From positions 1-38,802 of the forward strand of contig JAFQAM010000197.1 in assembly GCA_017416885.1 (NCBI GenBank): 38,802 bases of DNA. Reading direction: 5' to 3'. The first letter of the stretch is position 1; each line of letters begins with the position of its first letter. This DNA is from Clostridia bacterium (GTDB lineage: Bacteria > Bacillota > Clostridia > Oscillospirales > CAG-272). The translations under genes and the position numbers were made by a program. Under the pieces are notes generated by a model. The model was not told the DNA's origin. It did no database searches and saw nothing but the letters and a program-made list of their open reading frames with translations. Of the stretch, positions 15,175 through 25,115 are shown one piece after another.

Positions 15175-16458
15175 ATGGGACTTTTCAAAAAGAAAACAGG
15201 CATCTTTGCCGATGTTATTCGTTGTGATGAGACATCATATTTAATATGGAAATGGCATCCAAACGGAACTAAAGAAGGCGAAACTGAAAGAGAAAATTCA
15301 ATAAGATGGGGCTCATCCTTGCGTGTAAAGGATGTCGAGGTAGCGGTATTTGTTTATAAGCAAAAAAACGGAACAATGCAAGATTACATTGTAGGCCCAT
15401 ATGACGAGAAAATTAAAACCTCAAACTTTCCTGTATTGTCGGGAATTTTAGGTGCCTTTATGGGAGGTGATACTCCTTTCCAAGCTGAGATTTATTTTAT
15501 CAATTTAGCAGAAATAATTCAAACTAAATTTGCTGTACCTTATTTTGATGTATTTGATAATCGTTATCCGGAATTTTCCGTTCCTGTTGCAGTAAGAGGA
15601 ACAATTAGCTTCAGAATAGATGATTACGAGTATTTTATAAAGTTACATAGACTTAATACCTTTAATATAGATGACTTTTACTCACAAATTAAGCACGCGG
15701 TTAGCAGATATGTAAAAAGCATAGTTACGAATATACCAACAATAGAGAATATTCCGGTTATCCAATTGGAAAACAAAACCGCAATAATAAACGATTCTGT
15801 AGAAAAAGATATCTCAAAAAGATTGCAAGGTCAATTCGGTGTAGAAGTCACTGGCGTTGATATAGGTGTAATTGATATTGATAAAACAAGTGTTGGATAT
15901 AACAAGCTTATGTCGATAACAAGAGAGATAACAATAGCAAAAACTGCCGCGGATCTTGAAAATTATGAGGAAACATTGCGTATTCAAAGAGAAGAAGGAC
16001 AATATGCAATGCATAAGCAAACGCAAAGCACAAATCTAAATGCTTTTCAAATTGAAAAGCAAGCAGAGGTTGGTATAGCCGGCGCTGATGCGCTTGGAAA
16101 AATGGGAGCAAATAACGCAGGCAATATTGATTTGGGAAATAACAGTGGATTTAATCCTGTGCAGATGATGGCAGGAATGGCTTTAGGCGGTGCAGTGGGA
16201 CAAAATATTGCAACCGTAATGAACGGCACAATGTATGGCGGAACAGCCTCAGCGCCGCCGCCTATTCCAACAAGAGCATATAATGTTGCTGTGAATGGAA
16301 CCGCAACAGGTCCTTATGATGTTGTAAGACTTACTCAAATGGCGCAAGCAGGCGAGCTTTTGCCGGATAGCTTGGTTTGGACACAAGGAATGGCAACATG
16401 GCAAAAGGCAGAAGAAATTAACGAGCTAAAGGGGATTTTTCCACCGCCAATAATATAA
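15175..16458 (+). CDS. SPFH/Band-7 family protein (COG4260, YdjI-like) with a C-terminal GYF_2 domain
   Basis: 427 aa. The N-terminus MGLFKKKTGIFADVIRCDETSYLIWKWHP is typical of the YdjI / virion-core-protein-like SPFH group. A Gly/Ala/Met-rich linker follows. The C-terminal YNVAVNGTATGPYDVVRLTQMAQAGELLPDSLVWTQGMATWQKAEEINELKGIF fits GYF_2 (DUF4339). Confidence 0.75.
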   Translation: MGLFKKKTGIFADVIRCDETSYLIWKWHPNGTKEGETERENSIRWGSSLRVKDVEVAVFVYKQKNGTMQDYIVGPYDEKIKTSNFPVLSGILGAFMGGDTPFQAEIYFINLAEIIQTKFAVPYFDVFDNRYPEFSVPVAVRGTISFRIDDYEYFIKLHRLNTFNIDDFYSQIKHAVSRYVKSIVTNIPTIENIPVIQLENKTAIINDSVEKDISKRLQGQFGVEVTGVDIGVIDIDKTSVGYNKLMSITREITIAKTAADLENYEETLRIQREEGQYAMHKQTQSTNLNAFQIEKQAEVGIAGADALGKMGANNAGNIDLGNNSGFNPVQMMAGMALGGAVGQNIATVMNGTMYGGTASAPPPIPTRAYNVAVNGTATGPYDVVRLTQMAQAGELLPDSLVWTQGMATWQKAEEINELKGIFPPPII

Positions 16459-16460
16459 AC

Positions 16461-16495
16461 AAAAATACTGTTGCGCGCGCAACAGTATTTTTATT
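16461..16495. terminator. Bidirectional terminator between the SPFH gene and phoR
   Basis: aaaaatactgttgcgc/gcgcaacagtattttt forms a 13-bp perfect palindrome flanked by an A-run and a T-run. Confidence 0.85.
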
Positions 16496-16508
16496 TTGAA
16501 AGCTTTTG

Positions 16509-18209
16509 TTATTTATTAAATTTGATTTCAACAGTAGTACCAATACCAATATCACTGTCAATTTTTAATTCAGCGTTGTATAATGCACAAATATGCTTTA
16601 CAATTGCAAGACCTAAGCCTGTGCCGCCTGTTTTTTTGGAGCGGGATTTATCCACTCTGTAAAATCTCTCGCAAAGCCTTGGCAAATGCTCCTTTTCAAT
16701 GCCGATACCGCTATCCTTAACAGTAAGAGTAACGGAATAGTCGTCATCCTTTATCGAAATCAGAATACTTCCGTTTTCCTTGTTGTAGTTAATTGCATTT
16801 GAGGCAAGATTTTGTATAAGCTCGAAAACCTTTTTAGGGTCGCCGTTTATTATGCCATTCCCCTCAATTTTTAAGCTTATATTCTTTTTGTTTATCTCCT
16901 CGCTTAATTCACTGAATATTTCTTCGGCGGTTTGCCTTAAATCAACAGGGATAAAGACCGTATCAATCAGCTCGCCCTGTTCCAGTCTGCTTAGCTTCAG
17001 CATATCGGAAATCAAAGACGATAAGCGAAGGCTTTCCTTGTGTATTCTTTCAATCTGCTTTTTTGCGCCCTCATCAATATCCTTCTCAAGCAATACCTCA
17101 GATAATCCTCGCATAACGGTAATAGGTGTTTTCAACTCGTGAGAAGCATTAGCAAAGAAATCGCTTTTTTGCTTGGATACTGTCTTTTCCTGCGTTATAT
17201 CTGTGATTATTAAAATTGATGAAATATTGTCTGAAAGGGAAGAGTCTGTTATTTTCTGTATTACAACCGATAAATCCCTGTTGTTATAGTGATGCTCAAA
17301 GAAATAGCTTTCATCAATGTGCTTTAAAATTTCATTGTATAGCTCTAAATCATCAATTAAGTAAATCAGATTTTTGATATCATCGCATTTTGCGCAGTTG
17401 AAAATTTCAAGAGCGCTTTTATTTACAAAAACAAGCTTTTTTTCTTGATTGATAGCAATGATTCCCTGCGAAACATTGTCAAGCACAGTGTTCAGCTTTT
17501 TATGCTCTTGCATTATAAGACTGATATGCGCGTGAATGCTTGCATTAAGCTCATTTATTTCACCAAGCACAGAGTAAATCTCAGGCTCGCTGGAATCGGT
17601 GCTCAAAGGCTCATATTTTCCGTCGTTCAGGCTCCTTAAGCTTTTGCCGATATCTGTAACCTTAGAGGAAATATTCTTTGATAGAATATTAGACATAACG
17701 AATGAAATTATTATAGATATAATCAAAACCACAATTAAAAGCGGCAGTGTTACATTTATGTATGATGAAATCTCACTGCTTTTGATAGCCAAACGGACAA
17801 TAATATCCGTTCCGTCATAAAGAGTGGATTTTATAGCATAATAAGTCATTTTGCATTTGAAGGTGTCAGAATATCTCTCTATTGTTTTAGGAGAATCAGA
17901 CAATGCATTTTTAATTTCCTCTCTGTTTGCGTGATTGTCCAAAGGAGCATTTGTGTCACTTTCATATAAAACATTGCCGTCCTTATCAAAAACAGTAATA
18001 CGGAATTCATCCTTACTCGCATAACGGGACAGCTTATCGAAATCCTGCTTGCTTGCAATCAGCGAGCAAGCAAGCTCGGTTTCACTGATTAATTGATTTT
18101 TAATCATATTCTTAGTGCTGAGATTAACAGCAATAATGCTGAAAGTGAACATTAAAAGAGTAGAAATCAGAGTAACAAGGAAAAATCTTAAAAACAGCTT
18201 CTTTTTCAT
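16509..18209 (-). CDS. phoR: Phosphate-regulon sensor histidine kinase (PhoR-type)
   Basis: 566 aa. It has two TM helices flanking an extracytoplasmic domain of about 130 aa, a HAMP region, a PAS-like region, an H-box (FFANASHELKTPIT) and N/G boxes (GGTGLGLAIVKH). It is the last gene of the pst-pho operon. Confidence 0.8.
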   Translation of the reverse strand: MKKKLFLRFFLVTLISTLLMFTFSIIAVNLSTKNMIKNQLISETELACSLIASKQDFDKLSRYASKDEFRITVFDKDGNVLYESDTNAPLDNHANREEIKNALSDSPKTIERYSDTFKCKMTYYAIKSTLYDGTDIIVRLAIKSSEISSYINVTLPLLIVVLIISIIISFVMSNILSKNISSKVTDIGKSLRSLNDGKYEPLSTDSSEPEIYSVLGEINELNASIHAHISLIMQEHKKLNTVLDNVSQGIIAINQEKKLVFVNKSALEIFNCAKCDDIKNLIYLIDDLELYNEILKHIDESYFFEHHYNNRDLSVVIQKITDSSLSDNISSILIITDITQEKTVSKQKSDFFANASHELKTPITVMRGLSEVLLEKDIDEGAKKQIERIHKESLRLSSLISDMLKLSRLEQGELIDTVFIPVDLRQTAEEIFSELSEEINKKNISLKIEGNGIINGDPKKVFELIQNLASNAINYNKENGSILISIKDDDYSVTLTVKDSGIGIEKEHLPRLCERFYRVDKSRSKKTGGTGLGLAIVKHICALYNAELKIDSDIGIGTTVEIKFNK

Positions 18210-18871
18210 TTGTTTTCATAGCGATAGCCGATACCTCTGACGGTAACGATACAGTCGCTTCCCCCGGCCTCCTTTATTTTATCGCGCAAGGTTGCAATAT
18301 GCATATCAAGCGTTCTTGTTTCACCTATGAAGCTTTCACCCCATACCTCTCTGAAAAGCGTCTCTCTTTCGACAGTTACACCCGAATTGCTTATAAGCAT
18401 TTTTAAAAGCTTGAATTCCTTCAAGGTAAGCATTAAATCCTTATCCTTGTAAAAAATCTTGTAAACATTATTATCAATTACAAAGCCGTCAGCATTTGTA
18501 ATATATAAATTAGCGCGCCTTAAATTGGTTTTCACTCTTGCAATCAATTCAAGAATAGAGAAGGGCTTTGCCATATAATCGTCCGCGCCCTTGTTAAGCC
18601 CCTTTACAAAGCTTATTTCATCGGTTTTTGCGCTAACAATAATAACGGGTATTTTCTCATCAAGCTCCCTTATTTTAGTTAAAATAGTGTATCCGTCCAT
18701 ATCGGGGAGCATTATATCAAGAATAATAAGATTAGGCCTTGATTTTTCAAATTCATTAAGAAAATCCTTACCGTTTTCAAACATTCTGATTTTATAAAGC
18801 CCATCAAATGCGCCTTCATAAACCTCACGAATGCCTTCATCATCCTCTACAATGTAAATTAAAGACTCCAT
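18206..18871 (-). CDS. phoP: OmpR-family response regulator (PhoP/PhoB-type)
   Basis: 221 aa. The receiver domain has DLIILDIMLPDMDG, and the C-terminal winged helix has TVRGIGYR. It overlaps phoR by 4 nt. Confidence 0.8.
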   Translation of the reverse strand: MESLIYIVEDDEGIREVYEGAFDGLYKIRMFENGKDFLNEFEKSRPNLIILDIMLPDMDGYTILTKIRELDEKIPVIIVSAKTDEISFVKGLNKGADDYMAKPFSILELIARVKTNLRRANLYITNADGFVIDNNVYKIFYKDKDLMLTLKEFKLLKMLISNSGVTVERETLFREVWGESFIGETRTLDMHIATLRDKIKEAGGSDCIVTVRGIGYRYENK

Positions 18872-19524
18872 CAGTATTTTAAATGTACTCCTGTCTCATT
18901 ATATTTTGTCCACTCTGCAACATTTACAGCGTGGTCGCCAATTCTTTCAAGATATTTTGCTACCATCATAAGAGTAATTGCTTGCTCAGCATTGCTGCTA
19001 TCCTTTCTGATAAGCTCAATAAGCTCATTTTGTACTGTTACAAATAGCTCATCCATTTCATCATCAAGGCTAATTACAGTATCAGCTAAATTCTCATCAT
19101 TTTTTATAAATGAATTGACACTTTCCCGTACCATCTTAATAGCCAAATTTCCCATAGCTGTAATGTGCGTCAGCTTTTTAATGTATCTTTCGCCCGGCAT
19201 GGTATATACAAGATCTCCAATATCGCTTGCTTGATCGCCGAATCTTTCAATATCGGTAATCATCTTTAACGCGCAGGAAACCTCACGAAAGTCTCTCGCC
19301 ACAGGCTGTTGCTTCAGAAGAATACGCATGCATCTTTTTTCAATGCTCATTTCATATTCGTCAACAAGCTTGTCAGTTTGAGCAATGCTTTTACCTAAAT
19401 CTCTGTTCATTTGCAATAAAGCAGTGATAGCATCGCTAATCATTTGCTCTGTAAGACGGCACATTTCAACCAGCTGTGTCTTTAAATTCTGTAATTCCTC
19501 TTCAAATATTTTTCTAATTGACAT
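18871..19524 (-). CDS. phoU: Phosphate signalling complex protein PhoU
   Basis: 217 aa with two PhoU repeats (ERIGDHAVNVAEW, ERFGDQASDIGD). Confidence 0.9.
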   Translation of the reverse strand: MSIRKIFEEELQNLKTQLVEMCRLTEQMISDAITALLQMNRDLGKSIAQTDKLVDEYEMSIEKRCMRILLKQQPVARDFREVSCALKMITDIERFGDQASDIGDLVYTMPGERYIKKLTHITAMGNLAIKMVRESVNSFIKNDENLADTVISLDDEMDELFVTVQNELIELIRKDSSNAEQAITLMMVAKYLERIGDHAVNVAEWTKYNETGVHLKY

Positions 19525-19560
19525 TTTATATCTCCATTATACAATATTTTTTATTAAAAA

Positions 19561-20331
19561 TCAACCAAATCTGCCGGTAATATATCTTTCTGTTCTTTCA
19601 TCCCCGGGCGATGAAAAAATATCATCTGTTGCTCCGTACTCAATTAACTCTCCAAGCAAGAAAAAAGCGGTATTATCTGCAATTCTTGTTGCCTGCTGCA
19701 TATTGTGCGTAACTATAACAATAGTTAAATCCTTTTTCAGTTCTTCCATCAGTTCTTCGATTTTGCCCGTTGAGATCGGATCAAGGGCAGATGTAGGCTC
19801 ATCCATTAAAAGTATTTTAGGATTAGCGGCAAGCGAACGGGCAATACATAGCCTTTGCTGTTGACCGCCGCTCATTCCAAGAGCGCTCTTTTTAAGCCTG
19901 TCCTTTACCTCGTCCCAAATGCTTGCGCGTCGAAGCGAATTCTCAACAATTTCATCAAGCTCGCTTCTTTTTTTGATTCCGAAGGTTCTCGGAGCAAAGG
20001 CGATATTGTCATAAATGCTCATAGGAAATGGATTTGGCTTTTGAAACACCATGCCAACATTTTTTCTTAAGGCATTAATATCTGTTTCCTTATCGAAAAT
20101 ATCAATATTTCCAATCTTGAAGCTTCCTGTAATCTTACAATCCTCAACCAAATCATTCATTCTGTTTAATATCTTTAAAAAGGTAGATTTACCGCAGCCG
20201 GACGGTCCTATTAAAGCAGTTACTTGCTTTTCGGGGATTTCAATATTTATATTTTTCAAAGCGTGAAAATCACCGTAGTAAAGATTGCAGTCCTTAACTG
20301 ATATATTCATTTTACCTGTAAAGTCAATCAT
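19561..20331 (-). CDS. pstB: Phosphate ABC transporter ATP-binding protein PstB
   Basis: 256 aa. Walker A is GPSGCGKST, the signature is [13 protein letters not shown], and Walker B is [12 protein letters not shown]. The PstB-typical N-terminus [12 protein letters not shown] is present. Confidence 0.92.
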   Translation of the reverse strand: MIDFTGKMNISVKDCNLYYGDFHALKNINIEIPEKQVTALIGPSGCGKSTFLKILNRMNDLVEDCKITGSFKIGNIDIFDKETDINALRKNVGMVFQKPNPFPMSIYDNIAFAPRTFGIKKRSELDEIVENSLRRASIWDEVKDRLKKSALGMSGGQQQRLCIARSLAANPKILLMDEPTSALDPISTGKIEELMEELKKDLTIVIVTHNMQQATRIADNTAFFLLGELIEYGATDDIFSSPGDERTERYITGRFG

Positions 20332-21155
20332 TTTTCTTCTCCTGTCGATTTTTTAATTAATTTTCCGATACCGCTTGCAAGCAAATTTAAGAAAATAACA
20401 AATACAAGCAATACAACCGATGTGGCTGCAGCTTCATCTCTGTAACCGTTGCTTGCAAAATAGTAAATATCAAGTGCAAGGCTTGTACCCGGTGATAATA
20501 GGTTTTGCGGAACCTTATTTACAACCATTCCGATTGTTAATATAAGTACCGCGCTTTCTGATACAACACGCCCGATTGCAAGAATGATAGCGGTAACGAT
20601 ACCGCCCGAGGCTGATGGCAATACGATTTTAAAAATGGTTCTGACCTTACTTGCGCCTAACGCATAAGATCCTTCCCGAAGTCCGCCTTGAACCGAAAGC
20701 AGGCTTTCCTGTGTGGAACGCACAATAGTCGGTAAAATCATAATTGCAAGAGTAATTCCGCCGCCAATAATTGAATATCCCCAACCAAACGCAACAACGA
20801 ATATTAAATATCCGAACAAGCCGTAAACAATACTCGGAATACCCGCAAGTGTTTCAGTAGCAACCTGAATAATCCGCACAAGCTTTCCTTTATTATTTGT
20901 GTATTCAACTAAGAAAATAGCGCTTGCAACACCGATAGGTACAGCAATTAATGAAGCAATAGCCACAAGCTCAAGCATACCGACAAACGCAGGCAAAATG
21001 GAAGGCGAGCTTTTATAATCGCCAAATAACAAATCAAATGATAGCTTTCCCGTGCCTTTTATTAAAACATAAGCAATAACTGCAACAAGACAAATAAGAG
21101 TAATCCCCAATGCGACAAGACAAATTATTTTAAGTGCTGAATAAAGCTTTCTCAT
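20328..21155 (-). CDS. pstA: Phosphate ABC transporter permease PstA
   Basis: 275 aa, 6 TM helices with an EAA-type loop ([20 protein letters not shown]). It holds the second permease position of the operon. Confidence 0.85.
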   Translation of the reverse strand: MRKLYSALKIICLVALGITLICLVAVIAYVLIKGTGKLSFDLLFGDYKSSPSILPAFVGMLELVAIASLIAVPIGVASAIFLVEYTNNKGKLVRIIQVATETLAGIPSIVYGLFGYLIFVVAFGWGYSIIGGGITLAIMILPTIVRSTQESLLSVQGGLREGSYALGASKVRTIFKIVLPSASGGIVTAIILAIGRVVSESAVLILTIGMVVNKVPQNLLSPGTSLALDIYYFASNGYRDEAAATSVVLLVFVIFLNLLASGIGKLIKKSTGEEK

Positions 21156-22057
21156 TTTTTTGATTCCTTTTTCTTAATTTTGTCGTTTTTTTCTCTTTTA
21201 AGCAGAGAAAAGCTTATATTTAAAAGCAAGGTAAATACAAATAGAACAACACCCGTCGCTATAAGAGCAGACAAAGCATCTCCGCGAAGCTCCATAGCTC
21301 CCATAGCAATATTGGCAGTCAGTGTTCTCACGCTTTGGAACAGACTGTTTGGCATTTCGGGACTGCCACCGATTACCATAATTACCGCCATTGTTTCACC
21401 GATAGCGCGACCAATCGCGAGTACAACACCTGCTAAAATACCGCTTTTAGCAGACGGAACAAGTATCTTAAATGTCGCTTGCTCTTTAGTGGCGCCTAAA
21501 GCCAAAGCACCCTCATAATATGAGCTTGGCACGCTGTTTAGGCTATCTAAGCTTACACTTACAATAGTAGGTAAAATCATAATTCCAAGAACCAATGAGG
21601 CAGAAAAAATTCCATAACCAACTCCATTTGGCGAAATATAGTCTCTTACAAAGGGAACTATAACAGTCATACCGAATAGACCAAATATAACCGATGGAAT
21701 ACCTGCAAGTAAATTTATCATTTGCCTTATGGGATTAACTAATTTTTTAGGGCAAAACTTATATAACGCAATAGCGGTAAGAAGTCCTATGCCAACGCCT
21801 ATTATAACGGATAATGCGGTAACATAAAGCGTAGTTACAATCATAGGAAATATGCCGTACGCTATCTCATCCGCTAAGGGCGCCCATTTCATAACGAAAA
21901 CAAATTCAAAAAATCCTGTTTTTGCAATAAACGGCGTGCCGCTTATGAATAGAAATACAGTAATTGTGGCTAAAGCCAGAATAGAGAAGATAGCGCAGAA
22001 AAGAAATACGAAACGCATTCCTTTTTCTTTAAGATTAATAAAAGTTGAACTTTTCAT
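21152..22057 (-). CDS. pstC: Phosphate ABC transporter permease PstC
   Basis: 301 aa with an EAA-type loop (EGALALGATKEQATFKILVP). It is the first permease after pstS. Confidence 0.85.
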   Translation of the reverse strand: MKSSTFINLKEKGMRFVFLFCAIFSILALATITVFLFISGTPFIAKTGFFEFVFVMKWAPLADEIAYGIFPMIVTTLYVTALSVIIGVGIGLLTAIALYKFCPKKLVNPIRQMINLLAGIPSVIFGLFGMTVIVPFVRDYISPNGVGYGIFSASLVLGIMILPTIVSVSLDSLNSVPSSYYEGALALGATKEQATFKILVPSAKSGILAGVVLAIGRAIGETMAVIMVIGGSPEMPNSLFQSVRTLTANIAMGAMELRGDALSALIATGVVLFVFTLLLNISFSLLKREKNDKIKKKESKK

Positions 22058-22058
22058 A

Positions 22059-22928
22059 TTATTTAGTTACTTGCGCCCAAACGGTAATGGCTTTTTCGCC
22101 TGCATCAACATCGTAAATCTTTTTTAAATCCTCTGAAGAAATATTATTATAGGTATTTTTATTATTTACGATAATTGCAATGCCATCCTTAGCAACCTCA
22201 TAATAGGTACAATTCGGAGATTTTTCAGAATTAAACGCTTCTGAAATCATACCGAAATCAGTAACGCCGTTTTCTGCATCATTATAGCCTGTACCGCTTC
22301 CGCCACCTGCAACGCTTACGCTTACACTACTTTGAATTTCCTCAAATTTAGTAGCAAGCTTTTCCATAAGAGGCTTTAAGGATGTACTGCCCGAAATTGT
22401 AATTTCACCGCTTAAGCTTGGAATAACAGTATAAGGAACAGTATTTTCTCTTGTGGAAACATATCCGTTTTCGCTTATAATTGATTGAGCATCGGAGCTT
22501 TGCAGGAAAGCGAGAAAAGCAGCGTTAACCTCTGAAGCAACTCTATTTTCCTGATAAACTATATTTAAAGGTCTTGAAATTTTGTATGAACCGTCCTTAA
22601 TGGTAGCAATTGTTGGCATAACGCCGTCAACAGATAAAATTTTAACATCGCTTGTGACATAGCCTAAGCTATCATAGCCGATTGCTAAAGGATTGCTTTC
22701 AACCTCTTGTAAAACCGATGCTGTGTTTGAAGCAACGATTACACCTGAAATATCAGATTTTCCTTTAAGACCGATAATTTCCATAAAAGCAGATTTTGTT
22801 CCGCTTCCGTCCTCACGGGTAACAACACTGATAATTTTTGCTTCATCAAAGCTTCCGCCGCAGGAAGTAAGAATAAAAGCAGAGCATAAAACAACAGTTA
22901 GTAAAATAAGTGCGATTAATTTTTTCAT
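22059..22928 (-). CDS. pstS: Phosphate ABC transporter substrate-binding lipoprotein PstS
   Basis: 289 aa. It has a lipoprotein signal (LTSCGG) and a PBP-like_2 pattern (REDGSGT..., GSTSL). Confidence 0.85.
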   Translation of the reverse strand: MKKLIALILLTVVLCSAFILTSCGGSFDEAKIISVVTREDGSGTKSAFMEIIGLKGKSDISGVIVASNTASVLQEVESNPLAIGYDSLGYVTSDVKILSVDGVMPTIATIKDGSYKISRPLNIVYQENRVASEVNAAFLAFLQSSDAQSIISENGYVSTRENTVPYTVIPSLSGEITISGSTSLKPLMEKLATKFEEIQSSVSVSVAGGGSGTGYNDAENGVTDFGMISEAFNSEKSPNCTYYEVAKDGIAIIVNNKNTYNNISSEDLKKIYDVDAGEKAITVWAQVTK

Positions 22929-22989
22929 TTTCTTTTCTCCTTCTTCTGTAAGCTTTTTGCTTACGCACTTATTTTACCTCAATCTTAAA

Positions 22990-23025
22990 ATCATAACTAC
23001 CAAATCAATGTTTAGATTATGTAAA
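22990..23025 (-). promoter_or_regulatory. Candidate Pho-box promoter of the pst operon
   Basis: The minus strand reads TTTACA-taatc-TAAACA-ttgat-TTGGTA-gt-TATGAT. These are hexamers of the TT(A/T/C)ACA type spaced by 5 nt, in place of a -35, followed by a -10-like TATGAT. Confidence 0.45.
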
Positions 23026-23040
23026 TTTAAGGTAAAAGAA

Positions 23041-23104
23041 AAAAGTGGCTGTTGCTCTTAACTGATTCTTTTCAAATCAGCTATTTGCAACAGCCCCTTT
23101 TTTA
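23041..23104. terminator. Compound hairpin terminator between the 23218 gene and the pst operon
   Basis: Outer stem ggctgttgc/gcaacagcc encloses inner stem ctgatt/aatcag. It is flanked by aaaaaa and tttttt. Confidence 0.65.
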
Positions 23105-23217
23105 TTTACTTGATGACATGTGCAGTTGAGTTAAAAACATGCTACATCTTGTGAAATTGATTAAAATTAATGAATAAGTAGATTTTACATTGTAATAAAA
23201 TTTTATTACAATAGTTT

Positions 23218-24486
23218 TTAATTTGACTCACTATTTTTGTATAATGTGACTTTCAAAGTGATTTTAGATACCGTAAACCTTTCAGTTGAGTTATTGCTTT
23301 CAAAAAACAAGCATATTTTGTTAGTATTAGCAAAATACGCAAGATCAGTGGTCGTAGAACCATTTATCCAGCTTCCGTTTTCGCTAGGCTCTTTTTCAAA
23401 GCTATGAACACCCCCGTTCATGCTTTGGTCGGTGTTTGATATTTGACCGTAAACGGTTGCCCCGTTTCCAAAGATATTAGTGGTAGTAGATGCATATATA
23501 TTATAGTCAATCTTGATTTTATCATAACCAAGCGCGTAGTATTTAGAAAAATCATCCCAAACTTTCCCCTTGATTATAGCTTTTGCATCCCAAATCCAAA
23601 GGCTGAAACTTTCATCCCAATACCAAGATTGTGTTACTGGTTCAAAAACAACCTCTGGCTTTTGTCCAGGTATGTATTCCTCAGGTTCTTCAAGATTGCT
23701 GATAAATGACGGATCTATTTCAATTTTTTTTGCCTTGTTTTCAGGGATTTCACTTTCTTGTCCAACATAGGCCAAACCGTATGTGTAAGATTTTACCTCG
23801 TTAAATGTTTCAGTGTAGATTTTATCTCCGCCTCTTTCTTTAACAACAACGAAATATACTCTTACATCTCCAAGCTGAAGGTATAAATAGTTACCTTTTT
23901 GACAAGAAGAATCAAATTCAAGCTTTACTGTATTTTTTTCACTGTTGGAAGCAATTACACAACTTTCGTAGCTTTGCTGCCAAAGCTTTTCTTCTGTATT
24001 AGTCGTTGCCCTGCTATATCCGCTTTCTATACTTGCGCTTAGCTCCTTGGGAATACCTGCCTGAATATTCGAGTTGAGTGTATTTCCTTCGGAGATTGAT
24101 GTGAATTTTTTTACAGCTTGAGTGGTTTGCGCCTTGACGCTTTCTTGAGTTGTTTTGGTTACTTCATTTTCAAAACTTGATTTTCCGCCGTTATATACAA
24201 ATTTAGCACAGGTAGATGTTAAAGGAACATTTTTTATTGTACCTATCTCATAAACATAATAATTGTATTCGTCATCATGCCAAGAAACCTCGGTATTAAG
24301 GAAATCATTATTTTTTGTAGCTTCCTGTTTGAAACTCATTATCCCGATTTCTGAATCGTCATTCATAATAACTGTTCCAACCTCTGAATTTTTGTCATCA
24401 GTGCTTTTGACTATGAATTCACAAGAACAAAGGACAAAAAATATTGCTACAATTATCAAAAGTAATAATAGTTTAATAATTTTCAT
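23218..24486 (-). CDS. Exported (probable lipo-)protein of unknown function
   Basis: 422 aa. The signal peptide MKIIKLLLLLIIVAIFFVLCSC has a lipobox-like LCSC. The mature part is Ser/Thr/Asn/Tyr-rich and beta-rich, and I recognise no family motif. Confidence 0.65.
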   Translation of the reverse strand: MKIIKLLLLLIIVAIFFVLCSCEFIVKSTDDKNSEVGTVIMNDDSEIGIMSFKQEATKNNDFLNTEVSWHDDEYNYYVYEIGTIKNVPLTSTCAKFVYNGGKSSFENEVTKTTQESVKAQTTQAVKKFTSISEGNTLNSNIQAGIPKELSASIESGYSRATTNTEEKLWQQSYESCVIASNSEKNTVKLEFDSSCQKGNYLYLQLGDVRVYFVVVKERGGDKIYTETFNEVKSYTYGLAYVGQESEIPENKAKKIEIDPSFISNLEEPEEYIPGQKPEVVFEPVTQSWYWDESFSLWIWDAKAIIKGKVWDDFSKYYALGYDKIKIDYNIYASTTTNIFGNGATVYGQISNTDQSMNGGVHSFEKEPSENGSWINGSTTTDLAYFANTNKICLFFESNNSTERFTVSKITLKVTLYKNSESN

Positions 24487-24532
24487 TTATTTTACTCCAA
24501 TTATATGGGTTGTCATATAGATAATTTATTTT

Positions 24533-25087
24533 TTATTCTTTTTCAAATTCGCGTACATTCTTTTCAAGTAGTGGAATGTATTTTTTATAAACATATCCCA
24601 TTATAGGAATGAATACATATATGAATGATGCAATGAATGGAATAATCCACCATAAAAAGCAAGTAGAATTTCCGTAAAAAACTTCGGTTTCTGCGGTCAT
24701 GTGGGTTAAAAGAAGGGCAATAGAACATATTAGATTGATTAAGCTTGCGATGAGATTAGGCTTTATCCACGCATACATATCATCACCATTCTTTTTTGAA
24801 ACAATGGTCGCGATTGCGATCACAACGGTAGCAATCCAACTAATGATATAGAAGAATTTTAAAGTGCTCACAGATTCGTATGAACTATCAAAGGCTTCAA
24901 ACATCGAAACCTTTTCGCCATTAATTGAAGCAAACGGTATAGCAAAGAGAAAAATAATGTTTAAAACAATCATAGCTATGGCAATTTTGGATACTGTTCC
25001 GCTGTTTTTCTTGATTTTTTGTTTGTAATCATTGAGCATTTTTTTCTGAAGCTCAATATTGTTTTTAATGAAATTTTCCTGACTCAT
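24533..25087 (-). CDS. Hypothetical polytopic membrane protein
   Basis: 184 aa. A charged N-terminal helix is followed by about 5 TM segments. A GGAG RBS is present. It lies 46 nt upstream of the next gene in the operon. Confidence 0.6.
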   Translation of the reverse strand: MSQENFIKNNIELQKKMLNDYKQKIKKNSGTVSKIAIAMIVLNIIFLFAIPFASINGEKVSMFEAFDSSYESVSTLKFFYIISWIATVVIAIATIVSKKNGDDMYAWIKPNLIASLINLICSIALLLTHMTAETEVFYGNSTCFLWWIIPFIASFIYVFIPIMGYVYKKYIPLLEKNVREFEKE

Positions 25088-25115
25088 TTTTGTTTTCTCC
25101 TATTTGATTTTTTTA

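Noticed and set aside
19385-23061. Antisense ORFs inside the pst-pho operon (19385-19864, 19855-20070, 20051-20266, 21180-21518, 21852-22127, 22693-23061)
   Set aside because: All lie opposite genes with unambiguous family signatures. Their translations are Ser/Ile/Leu-rich mirror-frame products typical of antisense reading of AT-rich genes.
23195-23218. Perfect 12-bp AT-rich palindrome attgtaataaaa/ttttattacaat at the end of the 23218 gene, as a special site
   Set aside because: It is pure AT-rich sequence overlapping the stop codon. It is most simply a weak transcription-attenuating hairpin ahead of the stronger terminator at 23041-23104. There is no second copy in the window.
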